Position numbers and translations under genes: made by a program | The notes under the pieces: model-generated | Told to the model about the DNA's origin: nothing | The model's database searches: none | What the model saw: only the letters and a program-made list of their open reading frames with translations | Part shown: in pieces, positions 25,830-35,036 of the stretch | Layout of the letters: each line of letters starts with the position of its first letter | Numbering within the stretch: position 1 is the stretch's first letter | Origin: Candidatus Tayloriibacteriota bacterium | GTDB lineage: Bacteria; Patescibacteriota; Minisyncoccia; Phycocordibacterales; UBA6065 | Length of the DNA stretch: 64,000 nucleotides | Assembly (NCBI GenBank): GCA_016215405.1 | Contig: JACRJQ010000005.1 | Coordinates: 11,560-75,559, forward strand | Direction: 5' to 3'

Positions 25830-26603
25830 TCAGGCATCGGCTATCGTTCGCGCTATCGCGTCGACGAATACGACCCTTTTTTCGTTGTCGGATGTCTCTT
25901 CAGGCATCCGCTTTCTCAGATAGGGAGCGATCTCTATCTGTATCGCCGCATCGAGCCCGTGATTCGATTTCGCGGCCCTCCTTACCAGGTATCCGCCGTT
26001 GTAGCAGTCGGGCGTACCGTCGGGTATCGCGGTCTCGGTCCCAGGGCAGAATACGCAGAAGCCTGCCTGCTCGAGCCTGTTTGCGATCTTTCGGTCGAAG
26101 TCGCCTCGCCGTATGGTCGTCCCGTTTCCCGTGCCGAGGATGGCGTCATAGCCGTGGGGCTTTGAGGCGTATCTTGGCTGATCCGCGAAGCCGTGCAGAT
26201 CGATGAGGACGGGCATATGACCGTATGCCGCGACCGACTCTTCTATGAGCCCGTCGATCGCGGCGTGGAATCTTTCGAACTCCTGAGCCAAGCGCGAGTC
26301 GCGAAACGGCCTCTTCCAGACGAGGCGGTCCTCGGGGTCTCGGTTCGTGTCGAGGAACCTCCTCGGGATCTGATTCCAGACCACCGCCGCGCGAGGGTCT
26401 GCCTTTCGGAATATCTCCATCGCGATCGGCATGACGCCGAGATCCTTTTTCGTGCTTTCAGTCCGAGCCTCGTATTCATGCTCGAAGAGGCTCTCTGTAA
26501 CGCCGTCGTGCTGGACCGCTATCACGCAGCGCGGCGGCGTCGGGCGCCGGACAGCGAGCATAAACTCGTCGTGGATGAATGTGCAAGGAACTGTTCTGTT
26601 CAT
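25830..26603 (-). CDS. N-formylglutamate amidohydrolase family (FGase, PF05013-like) zinc hydrolase
   Basis: DTNRD, PVLIDLHGF, ILGTGNGTT, AIQIEIAPYLRK pattern consistent with FGase family; 257 aa. Confidence 0.55.
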   Translation of the reverse strand: MNRTVPCTFIHDEFMLAVRRPTPPRCVIAVQHDGVTESLFEHEYEARTESTKKDLGVMPIAMEIFRKADPRAAVVWNQIPRRFLDTNRDPEDRLVWKRPFRDSRLAQEFERFHAAIDGLIEESVAAYGHMPVLIDLHGFADQPRYASKPHGYDAILGTGNGTTIRRGDFDRKIANRLEQAGFCVFCPGTETAIPDGTPDCYNGGYLVRRAAKSNHGLDAAIQIEIAPYLRKRMPEETSDNEKRVVFVDAIARTIADA

Positions 26604-26793
26604 TTTGGAACCTTTCGTTTGGTTTCGAGGCAGGCAAAACCGCCTCTACCAAGAGGCGGTTTTTTCGGATGAAAAACTCCGCCTCTTCTAGGACGCGAGA
26701 AGGGATCGGGCGAATCCTGACCAGGTGGAGATGGAGCGCGAGAGAAGCATGGCGGTATCATCGTAGCTTTGTTCCGCTCCTGAGGTCAAGCGC

Positions 26794-26820
26794 GAAAAAA
26801 CCGGCGTACGCCGGCTTTTC
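26794..26820. terminator. Terminator GAAAAAACCGGCG-TA-CGCCGGCTTTTC
   Basis: Perfect hairpin immediately downstream of minus-strand gene 26843-27241. Confidence 0.75.
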
Positions 26821-26842
26821 GATCTCGATGACGAGTTTCGAG

Positions 26843-27241
26843 CTAGACCTGGGGCGCTGCCGGATCCGCAGGGGCGGACGAGCCCTTGCCCGCTACCTTT
26901 ATGGCGCCGAAAAGGACGGCTGCGAGGACGAGGTGGAGCCAGTTGTCCGCGCCGTTAGCGCCCGCTATGCCGAGGAGAGCGCCTTCGCCCGAGTTGCCGA
27001 ACTGGAAGAATCCGACGAGAGCGAGGACGAGGTAGAGGAGGGAGGACGCGACCAGGGCCTTCTTCGAAGCCCCTTCGCTTTTTGCCGCCGCGAGCAGGGC
27101 CGCGCCGATCGCGAGGTGGACGATATCGTGGACGAGGTCAGCGCGGAAGAAGGAGTCCTCTCCTATGACGGGGTTCGGCACGAACCCGAGGATGCCGACG
27201 ATGATAAATATGACGCCGAAGATTGCACCTAACTTTTTCAT
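26843..27241 (-). CDS. Hypothetical small membrane protein (DUF4383-like)
   Basis: 132 aa, 3-4 TM, LVHDIVHLAIGAALL motif. Confidence 0.4.
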   Translation of the reverse strand: MKKLGAIFGVIFIIVGILGFVPNPVIGEDSFFRADLVHDIVHLAIGAALLAAAKSEGASKKALVASSLLYLVLALVGFFQFGNSGEGALLGIAGANGADNWLHLVLAAVLFGAIKVAGKGSSAPADPAAPQV

Positions 27242-27311
27242 GCTGTTCGTATTAATAGCATCGGTTAACGAATGCCTCGCATAATCATAGTACGGATTAG
27301 CCCTAATTTAT

Positions 27312-28586
27312 GTGAATAACTCTATGAAGATGCTCAAAGGGACGCCGTGGAAAGAGGGGGTGGAGATCGAGAGATCGCCTCTCTTGCAGGGGACGATCGA
27401 GGCCGACGCGGCTATCGTGGGCGGAGGCCTCTGCGGCGTGGTGACAGCCTATCTTTTGGCGAAGGCGGGCAAAAAGGCGGTCATCCTGGAAAAGAAAAAG
27501 GTCGGAGGCGGCGCGACCGAATACACGACGGCGTTTCTCACTCAGGTCATAGATACCGACATAGGCGACCTGCGCGAGATGTTCGGGGACGGCAAGGCAG
27601 CTCTCGTCCTCGAATCGCATCGGAAGGCGATCGACCTTGCCGAAGGCATAGCGCGCGAGAATGGGATCGAGTGCGAGTTTAGGCGCGTCCCGAGCTTTTC
27701 CTACGCGAACGACGACATCGAGAGGGAAGGGCTTTTGGCCGAGGCCAAGGCCGCCGAAGGCATGCCTATCGATATAGAGTTTCTAGAGGACGACGCGCTC
27801 GGATTCCCGAACCGCGGATATCTGCGGGCGGACGGCCAGGCGAAATTCCACCCGCTCAAATACCTCTCGAAGGTCCTCGATGCGGCGAAGAGGCTCGGCG
27901 TCGAGGTCTATGAGGATTCGGAAGTCCTCGACATCACGGGAAAGGGTCCATACGTGGTCGAGACCGCCGAAGGATCGGTCATCGCAGGCAAGGTCATAGT
28001 CGCGAGCTACGGCCCCCTCAAAAAGAAGCTCTATTTCAAAAAGGCCTTCTACGATTCATATGTCATCGAAGCAGAGGTTCCGTCAGGCGCTTTTCCCGAA
28101 GGCATCTATGAAGACAACATGGAGCCGTATCACTATTTTCGCGTGGACCCGATGGGAGAGAAGGATCGGATCATCATCGGCGGGGAGGACCACCGCTCGG
28201 ACGTGCCGGTAGACGAGCTCAAATCGTTCGCCGCCCTCATTGAATACGCCGAGGGGCTCTTTGCCGGCGTGCCCCACGGCATCGTCCGGAGGTGGAAAGG
28301 CCCCATCGTCGAGCCTGTCGACGGCTTGGCCTTCATCGGCCCGCACAAGGACCCGAATATCTACTATGCGACGGGATTCTCTGGTAACGGGATGACGTAT
28401 AGCCACATCGCCGCGTCCATCATCACCGATCACATCACGGGCAAGAAGAACAAGTATGCCGAGATCTATGACGCCCATCGAAAGCCCGCTTTCAAGCATC
28501 TCATCAAAAAAGGCCGCGATTACACCGAGGAATTCATAGGCGGAGCGGTGAAGAATAGCTTAAAACAGAGGAGAAAGAAGAGTTGA
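27312..28586 (+). CDS. FAD-dependent oxidoreductase (DAO family)
   Basis: Rossmann FAD-binding AIVGGGLCGVVTAYLLAKAGKKAVILEKK; 424 aa. Confidence 0.8.
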   Translation: MNNSMKMLKGTPWKEGVEIERSPLLQGTIEADAAIVGGGLCGVVTAYLLAKAGKKAVILEKKKVGGGATEYTTAFLTQVIDTDIGDLREMFGDGKAALVLESHRKAIDLAEGIARENGIECEFRRVPSFSYANDDIEREGLLAEAKAAEGMPIDIEFLEDDALGFPNRGYLRADGQAKFHPLKYLSKVLDAAKRLGVEVYEDSEVLDITGKGPYVVETAEGSVIAGKVIVASYGPLKKKLYFKKAFYDSYVIEAEVPSGAFPEGIYEDNMEPYHYFRVDPMGEKDRIIIGGEDHRSDVPVDELKSFAALIEYAEGLFAGVPHGIVRRWKGPIVEPVDGLAFIGPHKDPNIYYATGFSGNGMTYSHIAASIITDHITGKKNKYAEIYDAHRKPAFKHLIKKGRDYTEEFIGGAVKNSLKQRRKKS

Positions 28587-28629
28587 TTTTGCGCTATTGT
28601 AATAGTCTCGCTGTGGGTATACTGAATGT

Positions 28630-29322
28630 ATGTCTGCAGATATTGATCTATATGAAAAAGCAGCTGGTACCTATGATCGGCTTCAGATGCTTCGTCCTGA
28701 TTATTCGAGAGCAAAGACGATATTTTTAGACCTCGCCATCAAATATCTAAAAGGGAAGAAGGATATCTCCCTTGTAGATTTTTGCTCTGGTACAGGTGCG
28801 GATACTAAGCTTATCGCCGACCACCTTGAAATCGGTAATGCGATGCTTTTGGACATAAATGAAGAATTTCTCGAGATCGCGAAGAGGTCTAATATTCAGG
28901 CTAAGGTCGTGACCAAGACTGGAGATGTGCTCAGTCATAACTACCTACCTTCTGCCGATGCTGTCATCTCTATGTTCGCGTACCACCATGTTTCTGATGA
29001 CAGAAAAGCTTTATATGTTCAGAAGGCGAAGGATGCTTTGAAACCAGGAGGAATTCTTATTCTCGGAGAGATCTATATGCCTGACAAGAAGACGACTCTT
29101 GATTACTACAAGCAGTTGTACGCTTCGATTCCTCAGAAATCAGAGGAGCTCGAAAGTTTCCTAATGCAGACGGCCAGGAGCGAGGATTTCGAGTATAAAG
29201 TTTCGAGAGTGTTTGCGGAGAATCAATTCGCCGCGGGTGGTTTTACACTCCTTGAGTCCCGGAAGGTTTGGCCAAAAGACGGTTCTGATACCGGAACCTT
29301 CATAGAGATTTGGCGAAGTTAG
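28630..29322 (+). CDS. Class I SAM-dependent methyltransferase (in low-GC island)
   Basis: Motif I VDFCSGTGAD, motif post-I LLDIN, LKPGGILIL; GC content of 28590-29420 visibly lower (~40-45%) than flanks; TATACT-N6-ATG start. Confidence 0.8.
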   Translation: MSADIDLYEKAAGTYDRLQMLRPDYSRAKTIFLDLAIKYLKGKKDISLVDFCSGTGADTKLIADHLEIGNAMLLDINEEFLEIAKRSNIQAKVVTKTGDVLSHNYLPSADAVISMFAYHHVSDDRKALYVQKAKDALKPGGILILGEIYMPDKKTTLDYYKQLYASIPQKSEELESFLMQTARSEDFEYKVSRVFAENQFAAGGFTLLESRKVWPKDGSDTGTFIEIWRS

Positions 29323-29419
29323 CAACAATCTTTCCCGTCGACTCGTAATATTCGCGCAAGCTATCTTCAGACATACGGATGGGTAGCTGATTACAAGCGA
29401 TAGCGCGAAACTTAGAACT

Positions 29420-29662
29420 ATGAACACTAAAAAGATAGCGGCTTTTACCTCAGCCGTCACATTAGCCCTTTTCCTCGGCCTCGGAGCGACGTCGGCTTCC
29501 GCTCAGGTGGGCGATTATCCGCCAGGCACGCCAGGCACCGTCGGGGCACCTAATACCGGCGCGGGCGGGGAAGCGGTCATGAACATCGCGCTCCTCGCGT
29601 CTTCGGGGGCGATCGCTCTGGGCGGCGCGGCGTATCTTCTGCGCCAAAGGAGGGCCGCTTAG
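29420..29662 (+). CDS. Small secreted protein with sortase-type sorting signal (APNTG + hydrophobic segment + RQRRAA tail)
   Basis: 80 aa: signal peptide, ~25-aa mature part, PNTGAGG motif, hydrophobic stretch, basic C-terminus; immediately upstream of a sortase gene. Confidence 0.5.
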   Translation: MNTKKIAAFTSAVTLALFLGLGATSASAQVGDYPPGTPGTVGAPNTGAGGEAVMNIALLASSGAIALGGAAYLLRQRRAA

Positions 29663-29676
29663 CGCGAGCAAAGCAG

Positions 29677-30306
29677 ATGTCCATTCGGGCATCTGCTTTG
29701 CTCTCCTCTATGAAGGAGCTAAAGAGATTCTGCGCATTATGCATCACCCTTTTCGCCGTTCTTATGTTCGGTCGCACGCTCGCCATTTCTGCCTTCTATG
29801 CTCCCGAAACGGAGCTTTCCGCGGATCAGCCCCATCTGGAAGCCGCAGCCGCAGATTCGCGGTCATTGCCCGCGAGGCTCGCTATCCCGGCTTTGAGCAT
29901 CGATGCCCGTGTCGAGGCCGTCGGCGCGAATCACAGAGGCGATATGGCCTCGCCGTCTGATTACGACGACGTCGCATGGTACATGCACGGGACTATTCCC
30001 GGCGAACGCGGAAGCGCGGTGATCGCGGGACATCTCAATGACGGCCTAGGGCTTTCAGGGGCATTCGAGCGTCTCGGTGACGTTCGGATAGGCGACGACG
30101 TCCTCGTGGAGGACGAGGAGGGCCGGACGCTTCGCTTTGTCGTCGAGAGGATAGAGACATATGGCTACAGGTCCGTGCCCCTCAGAGAGGTTTTTGAAGG
30201 TGACGGCGCGCCGCGCCTCAATCTCATAACTTGCGCAGGGCGTTGGACATGGGACGGGAGGACGTATGACGAGCGGCTCGTCGTCTATACCCGACTCGCC
30301 GACTAA
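29677..30306 (+). CDS. Sortase family transpeptidase (class E/F-like)
   Basis: N-terminal TM, LAIPALSIDARV, catalytic His in VIAGH and Cys in LNLITC, Arg in RLVVY. Confidence 0.8.
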   Translation: MSIRASALLSSMKELKRFCALCITLFAVLMFGRTLAISAFYAPETELSADQPHLEAAAADSRSLPARLAIPALSIDARVEAVGANHRGDMASPSDYDDVAWYMHGTIPGERGSAVIAGHLNDGLGLSGAFERLGDVRIGDDVLVEDEEGRTLRFVVERIETYGYRSVPLREVFEGDGAPRLNLITCAGRWTWDGRTYDERLVVYTRLAD

Positions 30307-30360
30307 TCCGACCTAAGGGCTCGTTCTCTGGGATCGGTCCGCGGTACCGAGGGTTAAAAA

Positions 30361-30380
30361 CAGTATCATATATGATACTG
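30361..30380. promoter_or_regulatory. Perfect 20-bp palindrome CAGTATCATA|TATGATACTG (candidate operator) upstream of M23 peptidase gene
   Basis: Seen directly; ~75 nt upstream of TATAAT-N7-ATG of gene 30457. Confidence 0.4.
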
Positions 30381-30456
30381 CCTGAAGTATGGGAAAAGCG
30401 TCGGTCGAAAAGCCGTAAAGGCGCCTCTAAGGCACCTGAGAGGTATAATTACCCAT

Positions 30457-31305
30457 ATGAAGCGGGCCATCCTCTTATCTATCGCGCTCTTAGCCTTTTC
30501 CCTTGCGGAGGGCGCCTTCGCCGCGACCATAAGCGTGATGCCGGAGAAGCCGATACAGGGAGATCCGCTCATGATCAGGGTCGAGGGCCTCTCCGCCACG
30601 ACCACGGTCAAAAGCATCTCGTTCGACGGCAAGGCGCTCGGCATAGTCTCGTACACGGCACCGACGGCGTTCTACGGCATCGACATCAATAAGAAGGTGG
30701 GAACGTATGTAGTTAGGGCGACGCTTTCCGACGGGACGGCGATAGAGGAGGAGGTAAAGGTCGGCGCGAGGAGAAAGGCCGTCGCGCCCCTCGGCATCCC
30801 CGAGAAGCTCGGCGGGAATACCGCGACGTCGGCGGCCAAGCTCGTCGATACGCTCGCGATCGAGAACGCTTCGCTCCTCGGCCTGCGCACGGGCGGGCAT
30901 GCCTTTTGGACGAAGCCCTTTCGCTATCCGGTGTCAGACCCGATCGTGACGGACGAATACGGATATTCGCGAAAGACGGTGGGACAGACGATAACCCACA
31001 AGGGTACGGATTTCCGCGCGAAGGAAGGGACTCCCATCCTCGCGATGAATCGCGGCGTGGTACGCGTCGCGCGAGAAGGTCGCAACTACGGCAAGACCGT
31101 CGTCATCGATCATGGCTTGGGGCTTCAGACCTTCTACATGCATCTCTCGAAGATCAAGGTAAACGTAGGCGAATTGGTGCTTCCAGGGCAGGCGATTGGA
31201 CTTTCCGGCATGACCGGATACGCCGAATCGCCGCATCTGCACCTGACCGTCCGTATCAACGATATCTCGGTCGATCCTGTTACGTTCTTAGGATTCTTTA
31301 GATAG
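30457..31305 (+). CDS. M23 family metallopeptidase (LytM-like), secreted
   Basis: Signal peptide; HKGTDFRA...HLHLTV (HxxxD and HxH motifs). Confidence 0.85.
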   Translation: MKRAILLSIALLAFSLAEGAFAATISVMPEKPIQGDPLMIRVEGLSATTTVKSISFDGKALGIVSYTAPTAFYGIDINKKVGTYVVRATLSDGTAIEEEVKVGARRKAVAPLGIPEKLGGNTATSAAKLVDTLAIENASLLGLRTGGHAFWTKPFRYPVSDPIVTDEYGYSRKTVGQTITHKGTDFRAKEGTPILAMNRGVVRVAREGRNYGKTVVIDHGLGLQTFYMHLSKIKVNVGELVLPGQAIGLSGMTGYAESPHLHLTVRINDISVDPVTFLGFFR

Positions 31306-31368
31306 ATGTGCTAAGGTTCTTAGGCAAAAGAAACCAAGTCGAGTTTCTCGGTATATAGCAACAATCAC

Positions 31369-31566
31369 ATGAAAGGAACCATCAAGACTCTTACAGAGAA
31401 AGGATTTGGCTTCATCGCTCGCGAAGGCGAGACGAAGGACCTCTTTTTCCACTCGAACGACCTCCAGGGCGTCGCATTCGACTCTCTTAAGGTAGGAGAC
31501 GCAGTCACTTTCGACGTAGTCGACGGCCAGAAAGGCCCGGCAGCGGCGAACGTAAAGAAGGCGTAA
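31369..31566 (+). CDS. Cold-shock protein (CspA family)
   Basis: GTIKTLTEKGFGFIAREGETKDLFFH (RNP1/RNP2 motifs); followed by terminator AAAAGCCGCCC-GCAA-GGGCGGCTTTT at 31575-31599. Confidence 0.9.
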   Translation: MKGTIKTLTEKGFGFIAREGETKDLFFHSNDLQGVAFDSLKVGDAVTFDVVDGQKGPAAANVKKA

Positions 31567-31632
31567 CTCTCTGAAAAGCCGCCCGCAAGGGCGGCTTTTC
31601 CGTATGGTAATATATGAATCTATACTAAAGAC

Positions 31633-33084
31633 ATGCTTTCATTCATCAAACGCAAGAAGGTCATCATTATCATCATCGCGGTCGCCGTCATAGCGGTAGC
31701 CCTCGGCCTTAAGGCGCGCGGCAACGGGGGATACGAGACGACATCAGCGGTCCGCGGCGACCTCGTACGGACCGTGGAGCTCTCGGGCAAGGTCGTGCCC
31801 CAAGACGATGCCGACCTCGCCTTCGAGGTCACGGGCAGCGTCGCGAGGGTATACAAAAGGGTTGGCGACAGGGTCGCTGCGGGCGAGGTCATAGCCGAGC
31901 TCGACAAGGCGGCGACGAACGCCGACCTCATGAAGGCGCAGGCGGACCTCTCCGCGGCGAGAGCGGAGCTCGCAAAGCTCGAGGGGGGAGCGGACATAAA
32001 CGCAAAGATAGCGAGCTCCAGGAAATCGATCGTTCAGAGTATCCTCGACGCCTACACCGACGCCGACGACGCTATCTATAACAAGGTCGACCAATTCTTC
32101 GAGGACCCTCGCACCCCTAATCCGGAGATCATATTCTCCTTCGACGACTACGCGCTTCGAAACCGGGTGAATGCCGCTCGCGTCTCGGTGGGGAACACCC
32201 TCGCAGAATGGAGGGCGCGGACGGCCGACCTCTCGGTCACCACCTATGTCGAAGCCGACCTCGAAAGCGCAAAGGCGTCCCTCCGCGAGATATCCCTCTT
32301 CCTCGACGACGTGGCGAGGGCGGTCAACGCGTTCAAGCCCTCTACGTCCCTTACCCAGACGCAGATAGACAAATACCGCACCGACGTCGCGGCGGCGCGC
32401 CAGAACGTCAACGGAGCCTCTGCGACCCTCATCTCGGGCGAAGAGAGCCTCACTTCCGACGTCTCCGACGTGCCGGTCCAGGTCGCGCGGGTGCAAGCGG
32501 CAGAGGCGACCGTCGCCAACTACGCCTCGCGCCTCGCCAAGATGTCCTTGCGGTCGCCAATATCGGGCATCGTCTCGAAGCAGGACGCCAAGGCAGGGGA
32601 GGCTGTCTCGGCGAATACGGTCGTGGCGTCGGTCATAAGCGAAGGACTCAAGATGGAGGCGTACGTGCCTGAGGTGTCGGTCGCAGGCGTCGTCGAAGGC
32701 GCGCTGGCCGAAGTGACCCTCGACGCGTATGGCGACGACGAGCTTTTTAGGGCCAAGGTCGTGCACGTAGACCCTCGAGAGACCGTCCGCGACGGAGTCT
32801 CGACCTACAAGATCGACCTCGTATTCTCGGAATCAGACGAGCGCATCCGTCCCGGCATGACCACCAATATCGTCATAGAGACCATGAGGAAAGAAGGCGC
32901 GCTTCTCCTCCCCGAGAGAGCCGTCACGGGAGGCAAGGGGTCGAAGACCGTCCTCGTAAAGGATGCCGAGGGGAATATCTCTGAAAGGGAGATCCGCGAG
33001 GGCCTTACGGACACCAACGGCAATATCGAGATCCTCGAAGGGATCTCCGAGGCCGACACCGTCGTGCTTAATCCGAAGAAGTAA
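31633..33084 (+). CDS. HlyD-family periplasmic adaptor (MacA-like membrane fusion protein)
   Basis: N-terminal TM, coiled-coil hairpin, beta-barrel/lipoyl motifs (GKVVPQDDADLAFEVTGSVARVYKRVGDRVAAGEVIAELD). Confidence 0.8.
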   Translation: MLSFIKRKKVIIIIIAVAVIAVALGLKARGNGGYETTSAVRGDLVRTVELSGKVVPQDDADLAFEVTGSVARVYKRVGDRVAAGEVIAELDKAATNADLMKAQADLSAARAELAKLEGGADINAKIASSRKSIVQSILDAYTDADDAIYNKVDQFFEDPRTPNPEIIFSFDDYALRNRVNAARVSVGNTLAEWRARTADLSVTTYVEADLESAKASLREISLFLDDVARAVNAFKPSTSLTQTQIDKYRTDVAAARQNVNGASATLISGEESLTSDVSDVPVQVARVQAAEATVANYASRLAKMSLRSPISGIVSKQDAKAGEAVSANTVVASVISEGLKMEAYVPEVSVAGVVEGALAEVTLDAYGDDELFRAKVVHVDPRETVRDGVSTYKIDLVFSESDERIRPGMTTNIVIETMRKEGALLLPERAVTGGKGSKTVLVKDAEGNISEREIREGLTDTNGNIEILEGISEADTVVLNPKK

Positions 33085-33087
33085 CAG

Positions 33088-34335
33088 ATGCCGCAATTCA
33101 TCAGGATAGGATTCTTCCTCGCGCTCCGGCAGGTGCGCAGGGCGTCGAAATGGACCACGAGCCTCATCATATTCGTGATGACTCTGACGTTCCTCAACCT
33201 CGTCGTGGTCTCCGGTATCCTGGTGGGCCTCATAGAGGGCGCGGTCGAGGCGAACAAGACCTATTACACCTCGGATATCATAATCTCCAAGCTCGAGAAG
33301 AAAGACTATATAGAGCAGAGCCCTCTCGTCCTTAATATCATCCGCTCTATGCCCGAGGCCGAAGAGGTCTCTGCGCGCTATATCGAATCTGGCAGGGTAG
33401 AGGCGAACTACAAATCGGCGGCCAAGGAGGAGGAGATCGATTCCGCCGGAGGCACCTTCGCGGGCATCGACCCGGTGGCCGAAGAGAGGCTCACGGGAAT
33501 CTCCCGCTTCGTCATAGAAGGAGAATATCTCGAGCCTGACGATTACGACCAGGTCCTCGTAGGCGCGTACCTCCTCAAGAAATATTTTCCGGTCGAATCT
33601 CCCGGGTTCTCTACTCTCGATAACGTCGAGGTAGGGGACAAGATACGCGTCACCCTAGGCGACATCACCCGCGAGGTGCGCGTAAAGGGGATCGTGAAGT
33701 CGAAGGTGGACGAGCTCGCGTATCGCGTCTATTTCGTCGACAGGCAGTTCCGCGACCTCATCGGCCGCTCCGACTATAACGTCGACGAGATATCCGTGAA
33801 GATCCGCGAGGGCTCCGACGCCCTCGACGTAAAGGAGGCGCTTCTACGCGCGGGCGTCGGGCGCTATGCCCGAGTCCAGACGTTCGAGGATGCTCAGCCG
33901 AAATTCCTCAAGGATATAAAGGCGACCTTCGCCCTTCTCGGCAACATGATCAGCTCGATCGGCCTCGCCGTCGCGTCGATCACGATCTTCATCGTCATAT
34001 TCATAAACGCGATCACTCGCCGAAAGTTCATCGGCATATTGAAGGGTATCGGCATAAGCGGCAGGACGATCGAGGTCTCGTACATATTCCAGTCGTTCTT
34101 CTACGCGATCTGCGGGTCGGCGATCGGGCTCGCGCTCCTCTACGGCTTCCTGCAGCCCTATATCGCCGCTCATCCTATAAACTTCCCGTTCTCCGACGGC
34201 ATCCTCGTGGCCCCCGCCCTCGGCACGACGGTCAAGGTCGCCATCCTCGTGTTCACGACGATAATCGCCGGGTATATACCCGCGAGGATGATCGTCCGCA
34301 AGAATACACTCGATTCTATCCTAGGAAGAAACTGA
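33088..34335 (+). CDS. ABC transporter permease, FtsX/MacB-like
   Basis: 415 aa, N-terminal TM, large extracytoplasmic domain, C-terminal FtsX 3-TM bundle. Confidence 0.8.
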   Translation: MPQFIRIGFFLALRQVRRASKWTTSLIIFVMTLTFLNLVVVSGILVGLIEGAVEANKTYYTSDIIISKLEKKDYIEQSPLVLNIIRSMPEAEEVSARYIESGRVEANYKSAAKEEEIDSAGGTFAGIDPVAEERLTGISRFVIEGEYLEPDDYDQVLVGAYLLKKYFPVESPGFSTLDNVEVGDKIRVTLGDITREVRVKGIVKSKVDELAYRVYFVDRQFRDLIGRSDYNVDEISVKIREGSDALDVKEALLRAGVGRYARVQTFEDAQPKFLKDIKATFALLGNMISSIGLAVASITIFIVIFINAITRRKFIGILKGIGISGRTIEVSYIFQSFFYAICGSAIGLALLYGFLQPYIAAHPINFPFSDGILVAPALGTTVKVAILVFTTIIAGYIPARMIVRKNTLDSILGRN

Positions 34336-34336
34336 T

Positions 34337-35017
34337 ATGGAGCTCATCAAAGTAAAGAACCTCGTAAAGACATTCCAGAACGGCGATAAGGAGACGCACG
34401 TTCTTAAGGGCATCGATTTCTCGTGCGGAGACGGAGAGTTCATCGCCATCATGGGTCGTTCCGGAGCCGGCAAATCGACCTTCATGTATCAGATAAGCCT
34501 TCTCGACGAGCCGACTTCCGGCGAGATCGTCGTCTTCGATAAGAACACCCACTCCATGACCTCCGAAGAGAAGACGAAGTTCAGGCTCAACAAGCTCGGC
34601 TACGTGTTCCAAGACTACGCCCTCTTGCCCGACCTAACCGCCGTCGAGAACGTCGCCGTGCCCCTTATGATGCAAGGGAAGTCCAAGAGGGAGGCGTATA
34701 TCGAGGCGAAGGTCGCCCTCGAGCTCGTGGGCCTCGGACACCGGTTCGACAACCTGCCGTCCCAGATGTCGGGAGGCGAGCAGCAGCGCACCTCGATCGC
34801 GCGCGCCCTCGCGCACAAGCCTCGCATCCTCTTCGCCGACGAGCCGACCGCGAACCTCGACAACGAATCGTCGAAGACCATCATGGAGCTCTTCAAGCAG
34901 GTCCATGACTCGGGGCAGACCATAATCATGGTCACCCATGAAGAGGAGTATTCGAAGCTCGCGAAGAGGGTGATCCGGCTCGACGACGGTAGGATCATAA
35001 GCGATCAGAGGCAGTAG
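34337..35017 (+). CDS. ABC transporter ATP-binding protein (MacB/LolD-type)
   Basis: Walker A GRSGAGKST, Q-loop, signature LSGGEQQR, Walker B ILFADEPT. Confidence 0.9.
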   Translation: MELIKVKNLVKTFQNGDKETHVLKGIDFSCGDGEFIAIMGRSGAGKSTFMYQISLLDEPTSGEIVVFDKNTHSMTSEEKTKFRLNKLGYVFQDYALLPDLTAVENVAVPLMMQGKSKREAYIEAKVALELVGLGHRFDNLPSQMSGGEQQRTSIARALAHKPRILFADEPTANLDNESSKTIMELFKQVHDSGQTIIMVTHEEEYSKLAKRVIRLDDGRIISDQRQ

Positions 35018-35036
35018 CTTCGGCTCGCGTGATATC

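Noticed and set aside
26668-26792. Structured 125-nt spacer between two terminators, considered as SRP (4.5S) RNA
   Set aside because: Only a GGUCAGG heptamer matches. Domain IV motifs (GGAA tetraloop context, AGCAGCCAAGGCAG) are absent, so it was not called
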